DNA of 64,000 bases from a virus (taxonomy: Duplodnaviria; Heunggongvirae; Uroviricota; Caudoviricetes): IMG/VR virus record IMGVR_UViG_3300042934_000212. One strand, given 5' to 3'. The translations under genes were made by a program, and so were the position numbers. The notes under the pieces were generated by a model. The model had not been told where the DNA came from. It was given only the letters and a program-made list of their open reading frames with translations, and did not search any database. Below, piece by piece: positions 62,081-64,000 of this stretch; positions within the stretch are counted from its first letter, which is position 1, and every line of letters starts with the position of its first letter.

Positions 62081-63496
62081 TTATTCTGTATCATCCTGAT
62101 AGACGATGTTCATGTTTCGTAGCTCTACTAGTTCCTGACGATAAATCGCCCAAATCTTATCGTGATTCTGTAGTAAGTCACTGTACTCATCCATCTTCGC
62201 TAGAGCATCTTCAATATCTTGAAGTACTTTATCGTAGTTTTCCTGAGTCCAACGATAACTTGCGAAGTTAACGATGTTCTGGATATTTTCTTCAGATGCT
62301 TCAATTTCAGTGTTTAGTGAAGTTACGAAGTCTACCACTTCAGCCCTGTTCTTGAATGACTTAATCTTACTCATCATATCATTCTCAAAGCATTCTTTGA
62401 TTAGAATCTTGTAACGTACTTCGGCGTCTGCATCTGCTAGTAGTTTTTCATAACGTTTGATGTAGTACTTGAAACGGAACTGAACGAAGTCTTGAATTAT
62501 ACCTCGAACATCATCGTAACTTTTTACTTTTCCATTTTCACCTAAAACGTTAAGTGTATGTGCCAATTTAGTTGAAATGCCAAAATACTGCATTACATCC
62601 ATTTCATTCCATGATACTGCTGTTCCACGTGGTAGTTTAATAGTTATATCAACTTTACCGGAACTGTCATCACTATATCCACGAATTTTGCCTGCGTCTT
62701 CCATCTCATTCAAATCTTCGATGAATTTCTCTAGCTTCATACGTGGTGATAAACCTCTGATACGCACAGTACTTGCATCAATGATTTCAGCTTTACCGAA
62801 GAATGTATACTTACCTTCTCCACGGTCTTCAACATAATCATTTGCACCGTAACTTGCATAGTAAGGTGTCATTACTTGTAGGTCTTCGCCGTCAATTGCA
62901 CGAATGGTATTATCGATAATATCATTCATGCGATATGGGAAGATGAAACTTTTATATGCTGTTGCAGTACCATCCACGCCTAGTAGTGCTAGTGGGATTA
63001 GTGGTAAGAAGAATTTAGGTTCCATTGTGGTTCCGTCATAGTTCTCCTGCATTGGTACAACATCCATATCACGAAGTACTAGAGCTTCAGTTAGCTTAGT
63101 TTTCTTCACATAGGTATAACGTGGGCTTGCTGGGTCAGGGTTTACCTGAGTACCGAAACCGCCACGCTTTCCGATTAGTGGGTAGTTGTTCACAACTGGA
63201 CTTGCAAGATTTTGCAAAGTACCTGAAGCTGAAGCATCACCGTGAAGGTAGATACCGTCACTGATCATACGGCCTGCACATGATACAGTTTTAATCTCAC
63301 CACTGATTTTACTTAGTGTGAAGATTGCTTTACGTTGTGAGTTTTTGAATCCGTCAATACCAGGTAGTGCACGGTCAAAAGTACTTAGAGCATATTCTAA
63401 GGATGATTGGTTAATATAATCTGAACTTCCAAAGTCCAGTAGGGTTAGTTCATTTGGAACTATTTCTTGTGCTTGAGTTTTCTTTGATTTACGCAT
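62081..63496 (-). CDS. DNA topoisomerase II, GyrA/ParC-like subunit (T4 gp52-like)
   Basis: RALPGIDGFKNSQRK, YLHGDAS, ASPRYT catalytic Tyr. Confidence 0.93.
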   Translation of the reverse strand: MRKSKKTQAQEIVPNELTLLDFGSSDYINQSSLEYALSTFDRALPGIDGFKNSQRKAIFTLSKISGEIKTVSCAGRMISDGIYLHGDASASGTLQNLASPVVNNYPLIGKRGGFGTQVNPDPASPRYTYVKKTKLTEALVLRDMDVVPMQENYDGTTMEPKFFLPLIPLALLGVDGTATAYKSFIFPYRMNDIIDNTIRAIDGEDLQVMTPYYASYGANDYVEDRGEGKYTFFGKAEIIDASTVRIRGLSPRMKLEKFIEDLNEMEDAGKIRGYSDDSSGKVDITIKLPRGTAVSWNEMDVMQYFGISTKLAHTLNVLGENGKVKSYDDVRGIIQDFVQFRFKYYIKRYEKLLADADAEVRYKILIKECFENDMMSKIKSFKNRAEVVDFVTSLNTEIEASEENIQNIVNFASYRWTQENYDKVLQDIEDALAKMDEYSDLLQNHDKIWAIYRQELVELRNMNIVYQDDTE

Positions 63497-63546
63497 TCCA
63501 TTTGCCTCTTTGTTATTTCGGGGTACGTCCTGTACCCCACTAAGTC

Positions 63547-64000
63547 TTAGTCTTCTTTAGTCCATTCTTTACGGTCGTCGGCACGTTCCTTATTAAAGAT
63601 TAGGTCTAAGGTTGCCCCTAGATTGCCATCATCAGTAATAGCTACTGCTACACCGTTTGCTAGTGCATCTCGGAAGTTTGAAACTTCTAGAGTTCCTAGT
63701 CCTTTTGCACGAGTTGCTTTCCAACCTTTCCATTCTTCAGGGTCGTATTCATGGACGTTATGACCATAAAAGTACTTTGATTCTTTACCCTTCTCAAGAA
63801 TAATGAATGGAGTTTTGAAAATGTAAATGAATGGATTCTCTGGATCTGCGAATAGTTCAGGCCAGAACTTATAGAAGAAGTTCACGACTAGAGCACCGAT
63901 GTTTTTACCATCTTCATCTTCGTCAGCACAGATATATAATTTACCGAAGTTTAAACTTTCACGATCTAGTTTTTCCCCTGGGATAATATTTAATGAAGCC
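63547..64000 (-). CDS. DNA topoisomerase II, GyrB/ParE-like subunit, C-terminal part (T4 gp39/60-like; runs off the window)
   Basis: CADEDEDGKNI TOPRIM motif, KGLGT, RADDRKEW. Confidence 0.9.
   Translation of the reverse strand, partial: ASLNIIPGEKLDRESLNFGKLYICADEDEDGKNIGALVVNFFYKFWPELFADPENPFIYIFKTPFIILEKGKESKYFYGHNVHEYDPEEWKGWKATRAKGLGTLEVSNFRDALANGVAVAITDDGNLGATLDLIFNKERADDRKEWTKED

Noticed and set aside
1-64000. Genome-wide TAG reassignment (genetic code 15)
   Set aside because: Long core genes (topoisomerase, clamp loader, 795-aa and 632-aa ORFs) are intact under code 11. I found in-frame TAGs only in the two adjacent genes at 16192-17093.

Overview
AT-rich (~35% GC by eye), gene-dense segment of a large lytic myophage genome with essentially all genes on the minus strand. 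The content resembles RaK2/GAP32/PBECO4-type enterobacterial jumbo phages (inferred from gene content only): T4-like topoisomerase II subunits, clamp loader, GroES, a DnaE-like fragment, NadR/PnuC, TelA, a C5 DNA methyltransferase, a YadA-type adhesin and ~100 small hypothetical genes. The left 35 kb carries a dispersed tRNA region. The top signal is an apparent amber-readthrough module. A CUA-anticodon tRNA (13525-13599) lies ~3 kb from two translationally coupled genes, a Pth2-like peptidyl-tRNA hydrolase (16755-17093) and an HD-domain protein (16192-16758). Each gene has one in-frame TAG, and the ORF track shows both only as fragments. The second signal is four tRNA genes (Lys, Glu, Phe-like, Pro-like) interrupted in the anticodon arm by a shared 37-50 nt hairpin+CAGCA element. 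There are also several other tRNA-like or structured non-coding RNAs, a conserved promoter class and strong GTAC enrichment.
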